This document shows, one piece after another, positions 35,113-48,500 of a stretch of DNA of 64,000 bases (position 1 is its first letter; each line of letters starts with the position of its first letter). The notes beneath the pieces were generated by a model. That model ran no database searches, was not told the DNA's origin, and saw only the letters and a list, made by a program, of their open reading frames with translations. The translations under genes were made by a program, and so were the position numbers. Origin of the DNA: Phyllobates terribilis (Eukaryota); contig NW_027362772.1 in assembly GCF_046119375.1 (NCBI RefSeq), positions 252,712,001 to 252,776,000 of the forward strand. The letters run 5' to 3'.

Positions 35113-37285
35113 TTAACTTAGATGTGAGTTTGTTGAGTTGCTGTCCAGCTGCCATTGATTCCAGGACATGAGAAAAATAGTGATTAAAAATACCCAAGTC
35201 TGCTAAAGAATGGACAGGGATCAATGGTTTCTAGCAAGTTCATATGAGATCTGTAGAGAAAACCATCTATGGGAATCAGAGTATTACTTCAGATACAGTA
35301 TAAGTCTGAATATATTTGCATTCATATAACTGTAGATCCAATATTCAGATGTGGATTATCACATTCATTGGTGCTAATCTCTGTTCCAAAAAAATCAAAA
35401 TTAGATCCCCCCCACCACTTATGTGCATATGGCTAAGCATATACAAGTGGTGCAGACAATGTTGGACTGGGGTGCCAAGGGCCCACCAGTAACCAACTCC
35501 GGGGCCCCACTTTTTAACTACATGCAAATGTGACATTATCTTTAATTACAAATCTATCTAACAATGAACTGGGTAGATTGTTAAATGAATAAGATGCAGC
35601 CTTTGTCTGTACAAGTATATAGTGCCAAGCACTGCTCATATAAGAGAGTGGTGGCCCACCGGAGGATTTCCCTGTTCTCCTGTGGACCAGTCAATCAAGT
35701 AAGAGAAGGGCAGAGATAGATAGAAAACAAGTAGGTGGGAAGGTGCACTGCGCTGTTCGGCCATAACAAGGGGCCACGGAGCGCCGTGGCTTTGATTGAA
35801 CAGTCGTCTTGTGCTGACAGATTCTAGGAGTCATATTTATCACAGGCAGCAGGTGGTAAGTGCACAATCTTAGGAAATTACAGAAATATATTAGGCATTT
35901 GTTGGTTCTGCATTTCCCCTAAAGTACAGTTAAAAATGGCGCCGAAGTAGATTTTCACTATAATATTAATAATGTAATGAGTGGGATATAGCATTAGCCC
36001 CATATATCACTGCTCTAGTAGTAATATCTGTGTCCTGCCTGGGATTGCAGCGGCTCATTCATGGTGGTAGCCGTGTCTCCTGGACGGCTGCACACCTCTG
36101 TTTACCTACCTCGAGGAACCTTTGCAGCCATTGGATTACGTTTGTGTACTCGACTCAGTGACTGATTTAGCTTCTCTGGGTGTGGATCGTGTTTGAAGTT
36201 GCAGAGTTGTGTCAGCTTGTCCATCTGAAAGGAGATTCCTCCAATTTAATGTGTGACTCAGTTTCCATCATTAGAGCGTTGCAGGAATAACACATTGAAG
36301 AACTGCGTGGGACAGCGAGAGCTCAGATCTGCAAGCAACATTAAATCTGGCAGGTTTCATGGTGTCCCTTTAAATATATCTACCCTACAAAGGCCAACGC
36401 TTATATCCATCTTCCTATACCACTGGAAAAAATACAAGAAAAAATGCCCAAGATGGTGTCTTTTAAAGGAAAACGTCAGACTAAAATGTTGCATTTTGAA
36501 ACGCGTTATGTTATGTTGTGCTATACATTGTGTTGGGCCCAGTTCAGTATTGGAGGAAATCCTGTGTTATGCACCACCCCATTAGGGTCTGCACTTCATC
36601 ATGATCATCATTACCAGCATAAGTGCAGAAAATGGAAAGATTTTCATGATGATGATCACAGATTTTACATTTAGGGGTGTAGCTATATGGAGTGCAGAGA
36701 TAGCAGTAGCATAGGAGCCCTGGTGCAAGAGGGGGCCCGAAGTCCACACTCCTGATTTTAAAAGACATCAGTATTGTATATACCACATGGAGGATGGCGG
36801 TGTTTTACAGATTTTGAATTGTGGCCCCTAAGCTTCATTTGGTACTTTTCTTGGTAGACTTTCAATTTCTATTTATAAAAAAAAATACTCTTATCTTTTT
36901 TGTATTAAATGAATAGTACAAGTGAAGATAGAGACATTTATAATATCTGATGAGAGAAAGAAACCCTCTTACAGCACTAATCAGTGCACTGATCATTCAC
37001 TCTCACAAACTGCTCAAATCTGTCTGCAGATCTGTCTGCAGCGAGGGATCAAATGTCAATTTCTGCTTTTAAAAGTGCATGGAGAAGGGCAGGAGGGAAA
37101 CAGAAGTAGAAAGACATGAAGAAAAACTGCTGAGGTTTTTAGTGACTAGATCTCAGGAGAGCAAATTGGTTAAAAATTCAGGATACAAGTTATATAATGG
37201 TCAGAAATAATGTTATTCCTCAAGTCCACACACTATATGATCACTGTACTGTATGGGAAAATTTCAGCCAATTAAGGGACTCTTT

Positions 37286-39641
37286 ATTCACGCTCCCATG
37301 CCACCTGGAACAACCCCAGTCCTGACCAGGGACACCCATTAATGGGCATAGTTTCTGTAAACCTCACCCTTTTCAGCCCATGACGCTGAAAATTTTCAGA
37401 GACTATTTGTTTTGGCTCACCTGCTGAAGTGGATGCTCCAAGCACAAGTTTTGTGTGGGAGCACAGGCCATGGGCGTCAGTACAGCAGACAGAGAAGGCA
37501 TGAATGAAACAGTTAGCAGTGGTCCTGGAGACCACAGGCAGACAGGAGACTGGGAAGTACTGGATGCCGCAGGCAGACAGGAGACTGGAAGGAAGGTAGC
37601 AGAGATCCTGGAGACCGCAGGCAGACAGGAGACTGGGAGACAGGTAGCAGAGGTACTGGAGGCCGCAGGCAGACAGGAGAATGGGAAGCCGGTAGCAGAG
37701 GTACTGGAGGCCGCAGAGAGACAGGAGAAAGGAAGCCAGTAGCAGAAGTACTGAAGGCTGCAGAGAGACAGGAGAAAGGAAGCCAGTAGCAGAAGTACTA
37801 GGGGCTGCAGAGAGACAGGAGACAGGGAACCTGGAAGCAGAGGTACGGGAGACCACAGAGAGACAGGAGACTGGGAAGCTGGTAGCAGAGGTACTGGAGG
37901 CTGCAGGCTGACAGGAAGCTGGGAAGCCGGTAGCAGAGGTACTGGAGGCCGCAGAGAGACAGGAGACAAGAAGCCAGTAGCAGAAGTACTGGAGGCTGCA
38001 GAGAGACAGGAGACAGGGAAGCTGGAAGCAGAGGTACTGGAGGCCGCAGAGAGACAGGAGACTGGGAAGCAGGTAGCAGAGGTACTGGAGGCCACAGGCA
38101 GACAGGAGACTTGGAGGCAGGTAGCAGAGGTACTGGAGGCCACAGAGAGACAGGAGACTAGGAAGGAGATAGCAGAGGTAATGGAGGCTGCAGAATGACA
38201 GGAAACAGGGAAGCAGGTAGCAGAGGTACTGGAGGCCACAGGCAGACAGGAGACTTGGAGGCAGGTAGCAGAGGTACTGGAGGCCACAGAGAGACAGGAG
38301 ACTAGGAAGGAGATAGCAGAGGTAATGGAGGCTGCAGAATGACAGGAAACAGGGAAGCAGGTAGCAGAGGTCCTGGAGGCTGAAGAGAGACAGGAGACTG
38401 GGAAGCAGATAGCAGAGGTACTGGAGGCTACAGAGAGACAAGAGACTGGGAAGCAGGTATCAGATGTACTGGAGGCCGCAGGCAAACAGGAGACTGGAAA
38501 ACAGCAGAGGTACTAAAGGCCGCAGGCAGACAGGAGACTGGGAAACAGTTAGCAGAGGTACTGGAGGCCGTAGGCAGACAGGAGACTGGGAGGCAGGTAG
38601 CAGAGGTATTGTAGGCCACCGTCAGACAGAAGACTGGAAAGCAGGTAGCAGAGGTACTGGAGGCTGCAGAGAGACAAGAGACTGGGAAGCAGGTAGTAGA
38701 AGTACTGGAGGCCGCAGGCAGACAGGACAGGAGACTGGGAAGCCAGTAGCAGAGGTACTGGAGGCCACAGGCAGACAGGAGACTGGGAAGCAGTTAGAAG
38801 AGGTACTGTAGGCTGCAGGCAGACAGGAGACTGGGAGGCAGGTAGCAGAGGTGCTGGAGGCCGCAGAGAGACAGGAGACTGGGAAGCAGGTAGTAGAAGT
38901 ACTGGAGGCAGCAGGCAGTCAGGAGACAGGGAAGCAGGTAGCAGAGGTACTGGAGGCCACAGAGAGACAGGAGACTGGGAAGCTGGTAGCAGAGGTACTG
39001 GAGACTGCAGGCAGATAGGAGACTGGGAAGCTGGTAGCAGAGGTACTGGAGACCGCAGGCAGACAGGAGACTGGGAAGCAGCTAGCAGAGGTACTGTCGG
39101 CCGCAGGCAGACAGGAGACTGGGAGGCAGGTAGCAGAGGTACTGGAGGCCGCAGAGAGACAGGAGACAGGGAAGCAGGTAGTAGAGGTACTGGAGACCAC
39201 AGAGACAGAGGAGACTTGGAAGCAGGTAGCAGAGGTACTGGAGACCACAGAGAGAGAGGAGACTGGGAAGCAGGTAGCAGAGGTACTGGAGACTGCAGGC
39301 AGATAGGAGACTGGGAAGCAGGTAGCAGAGGTACTGGAGACTGCAGGCAGATAGGAGACTGGGAAGCTGGTAACAGAGGTACTGGAGGCCGCAGGCAAGC
39401 ATGAGACTGGGAAGAAGGCAGCAGAGGTTGCGGAAGCCACAGACAGACAGGACTCAGGAACACTAAAAGTCTTAATACCAAGACACAGATGTGTGTCTTG
39501 GTAGGCCTTATACAGGCCTAGGTAGACGATCAGATGAGAGCACGCCAGGCCATCTGCAAAGCCCGACATGGAGCACAACAGAGTTCAGAGGACCAGGATG
39601 AGCAAAACCCGGTGTGGGGCAGGTGTGTAGTACTATTAACA
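37286..39641 (-). mobile_element. Solo-LTR-like element inflated by a minisatellite
   Basis: Minus strand starts TGTTAA at 39641; TATAAG at about 39510; left end TCACGCTCCC is LTR-like but imperfect; no TSD found. Confidence 0.4.
37510..39450. repeat. Minisatellite, 48-bp unit, about 40 copies
   Basis: Unit GAGGTACTGGAGGCCGCAGGCAGACAGGAGACTGGGAAGCAGGTAGCA; period 48 (38041 to 38089). Confidence 0.97.
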
Positions 39642-41053
39642 AAAAAATCAGGCTAGTCCCAGCAAATTCAGGAATTGGCATGTATACATCTCAACATCAG
39701 TTCATTGTGGGGCAGAAGCAAAAGCAGTTGTGACTTTAGATGCATAGTACAATGCCCACAGCTTGCTATTAGCTAATACTGTACCTCTTATGGTCTTTCA
39801 ACTTCCAAGAAGACACACAGATTTTTTCTTTCTGGCAGGTTGTATTATATAGGTTTCTGACACAAAAAGCAGTGCACCATATGGCGGTACACTGTGTCCA
39901 TCAACTTGCCAGAGACTTTGTGTGCCACAAGATCAAAATGATCAAAATGAATGGGAGCTGGTAACTTTTCAATTTTTTCTCTAGTTTTGATAAACCTTCC
40001 ACAATAATCAATACAGACTGCCATGGTCATGGCAGTATTAGGCACCCAAGTTGTATAAAACTTCTGAAACTTAAAAAATGTTTATCTCCGTAGGAGTTTT
40101 CGGTAAAACAATTTTCTATCTTGACAAAATCCAGGACCATTGCCAGTTGCTGGACAAATGATGCAAAGTTAATTGTTAGCCTTCCTAGCTAGACTTCTTG
40201 TGCGATGTAACCACAGAATAAATTACGTGGTCCTGACAGAATGGACTGATCTCCTTATTTATCTGATGGCAAATAAACAGGACGCAATAATTCATTGCAA
40301 GTGCAGAGATGAGTAGAGGAAGCGACCCAAGATCGAGGGACCTATAATAAGAGCGCGACTTCCTCCCTAGACGTCAGTCACTTCCTGTCTTGGACAAAGA
40401 GAGCGCATAGATAGGTCTATTTATACTTTTATACCATTTTATCATTTGAAGATCAAGACTAGGAGATAGATGATATATTATCAAGAAGAAGGAGTCATAG
40501 AGGGTGTCCAGGAGTTCATCTGCAGCTACTTGATCCCTAAGTCAAGATCTTAAAGGGGATTTTTGGTATTTTAAGAACATTGCCATTTGAGGAAGAAACT
40601 GAATAATATTCAAGAACAAACCCATACTTACCATTTTAATTCCATTTCAGTGATGATTATGTGCAATTAAGCACTGCAACTAATCACTGGCCTCAGCAGT
40701 CATGCTAGCATGGATGGCAGTTGACCACAGAGAGGCCAGTGATTAGCTGCGGTGGTTATCGCTGAATGGAGTAAGAAGAGCCCACCAAAATGCTAGAGTT
40801 ATATCCAGCAAAGGATAAAAGGTTTGAGTATATGTTACGCCTCACCTAATGTCGTGGATCCTCTAAGCCCTCGGTTAAGATCAGCAGTCATAAGGCAGCA
40901 TGGATGGATGATGTTGATGCAGAGTGGTGAATTGATTAGAGCAACGGAGGCTGTGGAGGCTGGAAGGCAGCTGGGGGAACAGAGGCTGCAACACAGAGCG
41001 TAGGGAGTCTGATGAAGAACACAGCAGAGATGGCTTGGTGATGTGGTAGGGTG

Positions 41054-41909
41054 TGTAGCATCGGCGTCTCTGCCCTCTGCCAGACAGAGACGCCATCCCC
41101 CTTACCGCCGCGGTTCTGCTCCGGCGTCTTCCGGCCTCCCTGCAGCTGCTGCTGGTGCACACAGCTTCCCTGGCTCTGTGCTTAGGGCGCACGCACGCTC
41201 CCTCCCTCTTAAAGGGGCCGCGCGCGTCGTCCTAAAAAGTTTTCCTATAAAAGGCATCTCCTCCAATATGGAGGTGCCCGTGCAAGGTTGTTGCTTTATG
41301 TTACTTGCTTTCAGCCCTCAGGTCCTCTGCAAGTCAGTCCTGTCCGCCATCTTGTTCTACAGTCCAGTCCGCCAGTCTGTCTTTGGGCTCTGCCCACTCG
41401 CTTACCTGGAAGCACCTGCCTGTTACCTGCCGTACCCGCCAGCCTGCTTTACTTGGAAGCACCTGCCTGTTACCTGCCGTGCCCGCCAGCCTGCTTACCT
41501 GGAAGCACCTGCCTGTTACCTGCCGTGCCCGCCTGCCTGCTTACCTAGAAGCACCTGCCAGCTATCTGTTGTGCCCACCTGCCCGCTTACCTGGAAGCAC
41601 CTGCCAGCTAGCTGTTGTGCCCGCCAGCTTGCCTACCCGGAACACTCGTCTGACTATCAGCCTAATCAGTCTGCTTGTCTTCCCGGACCACCCGTCAGCC
41701 TGCCTGCCTTCTGACCCATGGGAGTCACCTGGTCTCATACAAGGTCGGTCCCAGAGTGGCACCTGGTCCCTCTACTCGGTTCCTCCCTGGTTCACGGAGT
41801 CGACTGAGCCGCCGTGCGACCTTGGTCGGGCCGAGTAGATACTTAGTCACGCCCATCTGGACCCTCCTTGCACCGCAGCACAAAGGTTCCACCACCCGGA
41901 TCCATAACA
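41054..41909 (+). mobile_element. Solo LTR (856 bp)
   Basis: TGTAGC...ATAACA; 5-bp TSD GGGTG (41049-53, 41910-14); CCTATAAAAG at about 41245. Confidence 0.9.
41401..41640. repeat. 46-bp tandem repeat, 5 copies, inside the solo LTR
   Basis: GAAGCACCTGCC at 41409, 41456, 41502, 41548, 41594. Confidence 0.9.
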
Positions 41910-44900
41910 GGGTGGAGTGATGAAGTAACCGCGGGCAAGGCCGCGCATTGGTATCTATGATCTGGCCCAGCAAGATCCCCACACACAGACTCTATCTTGA
42001 TAACCGTATCTTTACTCGTATACATTTTTAACACAGCAAAGAAAAACAATAAATGACAACCGTAAATATGCACAGTAATAACGTGTACTGATAAGCTGAC
42101 CCTCACTGTCCCTACTCACACGTTACCAGTCCTTTACTCCAGAAGGATGTGTCCCCCGTCGCAGGCCTGTCTGTCTTTGCAGGAGGGCGTCCCAGACGGA
42201 AAAAAAACAGGAACAGCAGAATTCGCGGAAAGAAAGGAAGGAGTACTTCGGCCTCTCGCCAGAGGTCCCGCTTACAGTCTCTCTGATCCGGATAGAAGCT
42301 CTGGTGGGTCCCCTTATGTAGTCCACACTCCAGTAGCAGGGAGTGTAACAGCTGAATCCTTCAGCAGTGCAGCAGCTGGGGAAGGCACCGAGGATATGGT
42401 GTCAGATAGAAGAAATCACGTTGAGAGTCTCTCCTGCGCCACACACGAGGGCCTGCACACTGTCCTGGCTCTTTTCACAGACCACAGCAGACTCTTCGCG
42501 CGCTTTTTCCTGCTTCCCACTTTGGTCATGTGACTCTCTAGAGCGGGACACAGGAGGCTCAGTCTTTTTCTCTGTCATCACACCCTGCGCAGGTGCAACC
42601 TCTGGCCACAAGGTGGCAACATCATCCTGTGTAATCACTTCTGTAACAGGCTCTATATCAATTATCACAGAACAGCCAGAGCCGGCCAGCTCACTACAGT
42701 AGATCAGGAGACTCACTGAAGTAGGCTTAGAGAATCTCTGTAGTGATGAAGCAGAGTCCAGCAGAATTGTGTGTGTCAGGAGGCACACTGTATCAATATA
42801 GTAGAGCCCAGTGATGTAGCAGAACTGGATATATCAGCAGGCACACTGACTCAATGTAGCAGATCCAGCAATGTAGCAGAGTCCAGTGACGTAGTAGAGC
42901 TGGGTATGTCAAGAGGCACACTTTCGCAATATAGCAGAACCCAGCACAGGGAAGCTGTCCAGAGTAGCAGTGTGCTCGTCAACTACCTGAACACTCAGGT
43001 GATCTACAGTTGCCTGAGTCGACCTCAGTGGTGTTGTCTAGAAGAGAAAAATGAGACAGCCAGAGCAAAGGGAGAATAGAGAGCCTTACTTTGAAGCCAG
43101 GAAGGGCGAGTAATTGTATAGTTTACTCCTTTTATCTTATTTTTTTTTTCCATCGCTATGGCTCTAGCCTCCCATCCCTCTAGATTTCTTTGCAGGAGCT
43201 TCTAGTTTCGTTGCTCCAGTAATGGGTTATATTATGAATGAAGAATATATTTTTTTTAGATTTCATTATACAGCAGAACTACATGTATAATAATGATGTT
43301 TTATGCCACAATAAAGCCATAGAAGCGAGTGACAATGAAATGTTCTCACTTTCTATCCATGCTTTTCTCCTGCAGTCTGCAGATTAGCAGATTTGTGAGA
43401 AAAACCATGGGAAATATAATCAGCGAGAGCCTTTCATTTCTGTTAATGGCCATCCTTTATAATTACCTTCTAATTAGCCAGTCATTTGGGTGCCTCATCC
43501 CGTCACTTTCATATATTTTTCCCTTGCTTATAATAATACAGAGACCAAAGGATCAAGTCTAGTGGGAAATGCAGGAAGAGCAAAGAAATAATATATTCAC
43601 TCAAACATCTTTGTAAGTCATATGGTAACTTACAGTAGTGTATATACTGAGAACATGGAAAGTAAATCAACCTACACACCGGACAGTCCCTTCCAGGCTG
43701 GGACTGGCCCACAGGAGAACAGGGGAATCCTCCGGTGGGCTACCACAGTCTTATATAAGCAACACTTAACACTACATAAAGACAAAGGCAGCATCGTATC
43801 CATTTAAAAATCTACCCAGTTCATTGTTATATAAATTAGTGATTGAGGATAATGTCACATTTGCATGTAGCTGAAAAGTGGAGCCCAGAAGTTGGTTCTG
43901 GTGGGCTCTTGTTTTTTAGGGGGACGGCAGTGACCTGATTTGTAGTTATCCTGCATAGTATACCAACTATTTAATTTCTGCACATCATAAATGTTCAGGT
44001 AGAAATGATAGTCTCTAAATTGTAGCAGCTTCGGGCTATCTCCTTGATATCTTTAATTTCACCTTTGGAAGTCTATCATCCATGTAAGGTGAACTACTAC
44101 TACTGTCCAAACTTCCTCTTAAACTAACCACTACCCTAACCAATATGACGCGCCCCTGGGCCTTCTGTGTCATGCGGCATCGCGTGCACGGGGGCTTACC
44201 CGGAGCCGGATCAGATGGGGGTAGTAGTCTCGTGGCGGTGACCCGGTCCGTGCCCAGGGAGTCAAACTAAGTGGCGAGTCTATTAGCAGTAGATGTTGGA
44301 TGACTACGCCACCCGTTGAATGCAGCTTTGGAGCTGCTGCTGCAGGGCAGACCGCTGAGGCCGGTGGAAGGATGGTGCAGCGGGGATGGTATAACCCCCA
44401 ACGGGAGGGGTATGGCCTCAGGGCAGCCGACGTGGATGATGGAGGTAGCAGGAACCACTCAGAGACGATGCGTGTAGTTCAGGGTCTTTACTGGTGACAA
44501 AGATAGACCCTCCCGGAGTACTTGCTAGCGATCGGGGCCTGGTCAGTCCTTGAGCAGATGGGATCTCCCCTGGCCAGGCGGAGTTGTAGGCCTTCCCAGC
44601 TAACTGTACTCTTCTGGCTACCTTGCTAGAGGCGGGTAAAAGTAGCCCACGTCCCTGAGTGTACCGTGTGGTGCTCACCCGTATGGCCGGTGACTCGGGG
44701 CCTTCTAATGGCTTCCGCTCCACGATGGCGGTGCTGGTCCCACGCGTGTGACCTTGCCTTCGGGTTTCTGGGCCAGAGGACCTGCAATCCCCTGCCGGTC
44801 GGTTTCTGCTGCTGGGTAAGGATTAGTCCCCACAGCCTCGGACTCCGGGTCCGGTGATAACTTCTCAGTCAGGGCGAGCTCTGCAGCTGCCAGCCCCTGA

Positions 44901-45501
44901 CTCCTTGTAGCACTGCTCCCACAGAGCTCCTGTTGTTTCTTCCTATGCTGCTTCTCTTCTCTACTCTTGTTCTCTCTCTCAACCCTGCCTCAGCCCCAGG
45001 TTTATATAGGGGAAGTTCTTCCCCTCCCAGGACTGGGCAGGAGGTGTGGCATGCATAAGATCCCTGACCAAGAGACCTCCCACCTGCTCTCAGACATAAT
45101 ATTGCTATTATTGTGGAGACCAGACCCCTGGGGTGCCACATTCCCCCCTAGTGAAATTTAGTACTCCGGGACTAAACATATTTTACAAAAACATAACAGG
45201 GTATAACAACAACAATAAAATACAATAAGGAAACACATAAAGATGGTCACGGTGTGTCCGCAACCGGGTGCAGTCTTTGAAGAAAACAAAGGTGTCCATT
45301 TCACCAAAACAGGAGACGTAACCAGGTAGGGGTCTGTCCTGCCCCGAGTCCTTAACAGTCTTTAGTCCGTCCTGGGTTAGGCTCCAACTATACACAAAGG
45401 ATTACCGGTAAATCCACCAAAGACTCCTGTAAATAACTAGAAACACAAAATTATACACAAGCAACAATAACAGATAAACATTAATAAAATAACTTAAACA
45501 C

Positions 45502-48500
45502 TTAGATCCTCCACCGTACGGGTAACTGGCCTCTAGTGACCCTAGTGGACCTACGGAGCTGGCTGACTGGTCCTGAGCTACAGGGTATAGGAGCTGTCAA
45601 GGGTAAACTGGGCAGCCGTCTACGGACTCTTTGGCTCACTAGGGGTATGGCAGGCTCACTATAAGCAGAGGGTTGATCCTCCTGGTCTGCTTGTGTGGAG
45701 TCTTCTGCCTCCTGGACCGGCTGTTCTTCCAGCTCTACCGGTTGCTCTGTAAGTACTTGGGATTCTGGTTGGAGGAACGTGAGGACGGGTACCACAACTG
45801 CACCATTGACTTGAGTCCAGGACCGAGGAAAGTCTCCGAGCACAGTACTAACCATATCTTTCCCTTCCTCTACGGGTCGAGGGTCTTCTTGTTCCTCTTC
45901 AGGGTTCCGTAGCTGTTCGGGACACTTCTTCAGGTGATCCCGGGATACAATGGTTGTGGTTTCCCCTCCGTCTTTGCTGATGGTACAGACCTTCGGGTTG
46001 TCGTGGCTTGAGGGCAGTACGGTGTACGGGTCCTTCTCCCACTGGTCGTCCAACTTATGGAGCCGTCTTTTCCTCTTCAAGACCTGCTCTCCGGGCACCA
46101 GGGGAACAGCGGGAGCATACTGGTTGTAAGTTTTCTCTTGTCTTTCCCTAGCTTGACAGAGACTACGCTCCACGCTCTCCTGTACTTTCCGGTACTGCTG
46201 CTGCCTCTCTGTGTCCCAGTCTGCTTCTGGTGAAGTGTCCTCGGGTGTCAGGACTCCCATCTCCAGGTCAACAGGTAGCTTACCAGGTCTTGCCCTCATC
46301 AGGTAAGCCGGGGTACAGTTAGTGGAACCTACCGGGATGTGGTTGTATAGGTCCACTAGGTCGGGCAACCTCTCGGGCCACAGACTGCGTTCTTCCAGGG
46401 GCAATGTTTTTAGAAGATCTATCACCACCTGGTTCATTTTCTCACAAAGTCCATTAGTTTGCGGATGATAGGGTGTCGTCCTTATCTTCCGGCAGCCATA
46501 CAGAGTGCAGAATTCTTGGAAGATCTCCGCTTCAAAGGCAGGTCCCTGATCCGTCAACACTTGGTCCGGGTACCCGTGTGGACGGCAGAAATGCTGCTGG
46601 AAGGCTCTAGCTGCTGTTCGAGCTGTTAAGTCGTTGACGGGGACGACAACCAAGAACCGGGAGTAGTGATCCACGATGGTTAGTGCGTAGACGTAGCCAC
46701 TTCTGCTTGGGGTCAGTTTTACATGATCCAAGGCTACCAGTTCCAACGGCTGCCGGGTGACGATGGACTGCAGGGGAGTCTTCTGGCTGGCACGGTCCTT
46801 CCTTCTTAGGTTGCACGGGCCACAGTCTCTGCACCACCTCTCGATGGTTCCTCTCATGCCCACCCAATGGAACCGCCCGCGCAGCAAGAACTCCAGCTTC
46901 TTCCATCCGAAGTGCCCAGCTCCGTCGTGGTATGCCTCCATCACCATAGCTGCGTCTCTTCTTGGCACCACTACTTGCCAGATTAATTCATGCGTCCGGG
47001 AGTTAACCATTCTGCGGCACAACTTCCCCTTATAAAGGAACAGTCGACTCTTCTCAGCCCACAGTTGCTTGGCTTCCTCCGGAGCGTCTGGGTCAAGGCG
47101 TGCATCTGGCCGAGTCAGCATCTCCTTTACCAGTCGGACGGCAGGGTCACTGTCTTGCGTCTCCGCCCAGTTGTAATGAGGTAAAGGGTTGAACGTAGCG
47201 GATTTACTCCTTACACGGTGGGAATACTGGATAGTCCCATGACGGTGGAATGCGGGGAGTTCAACTTCTTCCAGTCCCTCTGAGTCTTCCCCTACGTCCG
47301 GTAGATTTGGCATCCTGGACAGGGCGTCCGCGTTGGTATTGGAGCGTCCTGCCCGGTATTTGATTGTAAACTCATAGTTGGACAAACGGGCCATCCATCT
47401 CTGCTCTAGGGCACCGAGTCTTGCTGTGTCCAGGTGTGTCAACGGGTTGTTATGCGTGTACACGGTGAACCGGGAAGAAGCGAGGTAGTGCTTAAAGCGT
47501 TCGGTGACTGCCCACACCACTGCCAGGAACTCTAGCTTAAATGAGCTGTAATTTTCAGGGTTTCTTTCGGTGGGTCGCAGTTTTCGGCTGGCGTAAGCAA
47601 TTACCCGTTCTTTCCCCTGCTGAATCTGGGACAGTACGGCTCCTAGCCCGATGTTACTGGCGTCGGTGTAGAGGATAAAGGGCTGGCTATAATCAGGGTA
47701 TGCCAGGATTTCATCCCCCGTGAGGGCCATCTTCAGCTGGCGGAAGGACTCTTCTTCCAGCTTCTCCCATCTGAAGGGTGGCTTCTGGTTCTTGGCCTTC
47801 CTGGACTGGCCTATCAGGAGGTCCTGCATAGGAGCTGCCTTTCTGGTGAAACCGGGAATAAACCTTCGGTAGTAGCCTACCAACCCGAGGAACTGCCTCA
47901 CTTCCTTTACGCTGGAGGGGCTTGGCCATTCCTTAATTGCGGTGATCTTATCAGGGTCGGGAGCCACTCCGTCAGCACTCACCACGTGTCCCAGGTACTG
48001 CACCTTTGGCTTCAGGAGGTGACACTTAGAGGGTTTCACCTTCAGGCCATAACTTGCCAGGGCTTCGAACACTTCCGCCAGGTGTTTCAGGTGGTCCTCA
48101 TAAGTCTTGGAATATACGATGACATCGTCCAGGTACAGCAGGACCGTCTCGAAGTTTCTGTGTCCCAGACAGCACTCCATTAATCGTTGGAAGGTTCCTG
48201 GTGCATTGCAGAGTCCGAACGGCATACAAGTAAACTCGCTAAGTCCCATCGGGGTGGTGAATGCGGTCTTCTCCCGGTCCGCCTCTGCTACAGGAACCTG
48301 CCAGTACCCGCTAGTGAGATCCAAGGTAGAGAAGAAGTTAGCAGATTTTAAAGCAGCCAAAGACTCCTCTATCCTTGGTAAGGGGTACGCATCCTTGTGT
48401 GTGATTCGGTTGATTTTCCGGTAATCTACACACATTCTCATGGTGTTGTCTTTCTTTTTGACTAAGACTAGTGGGGCTGCCCAGGGGCTACAGCTATCCT

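Larger units (their letters stand above)
40833..43115. mobile_element. Older LTR-like element hosting the solo LTR at 41054; right boundary uncertain
   Basis: Starts TGTTACGCC; GC-rich with short degenerate repeats at 42781-42960; possible eroded end GGCGAGTAATT plus GTATA matching the left flank. Confidence 0.35.

Noticed and set aside
35455-35692. hAT-MITE-like debris, similar to 43700-43745
   Set aside because: Termini and TSD could not be defined
37284-39578. Long Cys/Ser/Leu-rich ORFs of 219-385 aa
   Set aside because: Translations of the 48-bp repeat (16-aa period), open in several frames at once
44267-45161. Short ORFs duplicated at 51156-52040
   Set aside because: LTR sequence with no coding motifs
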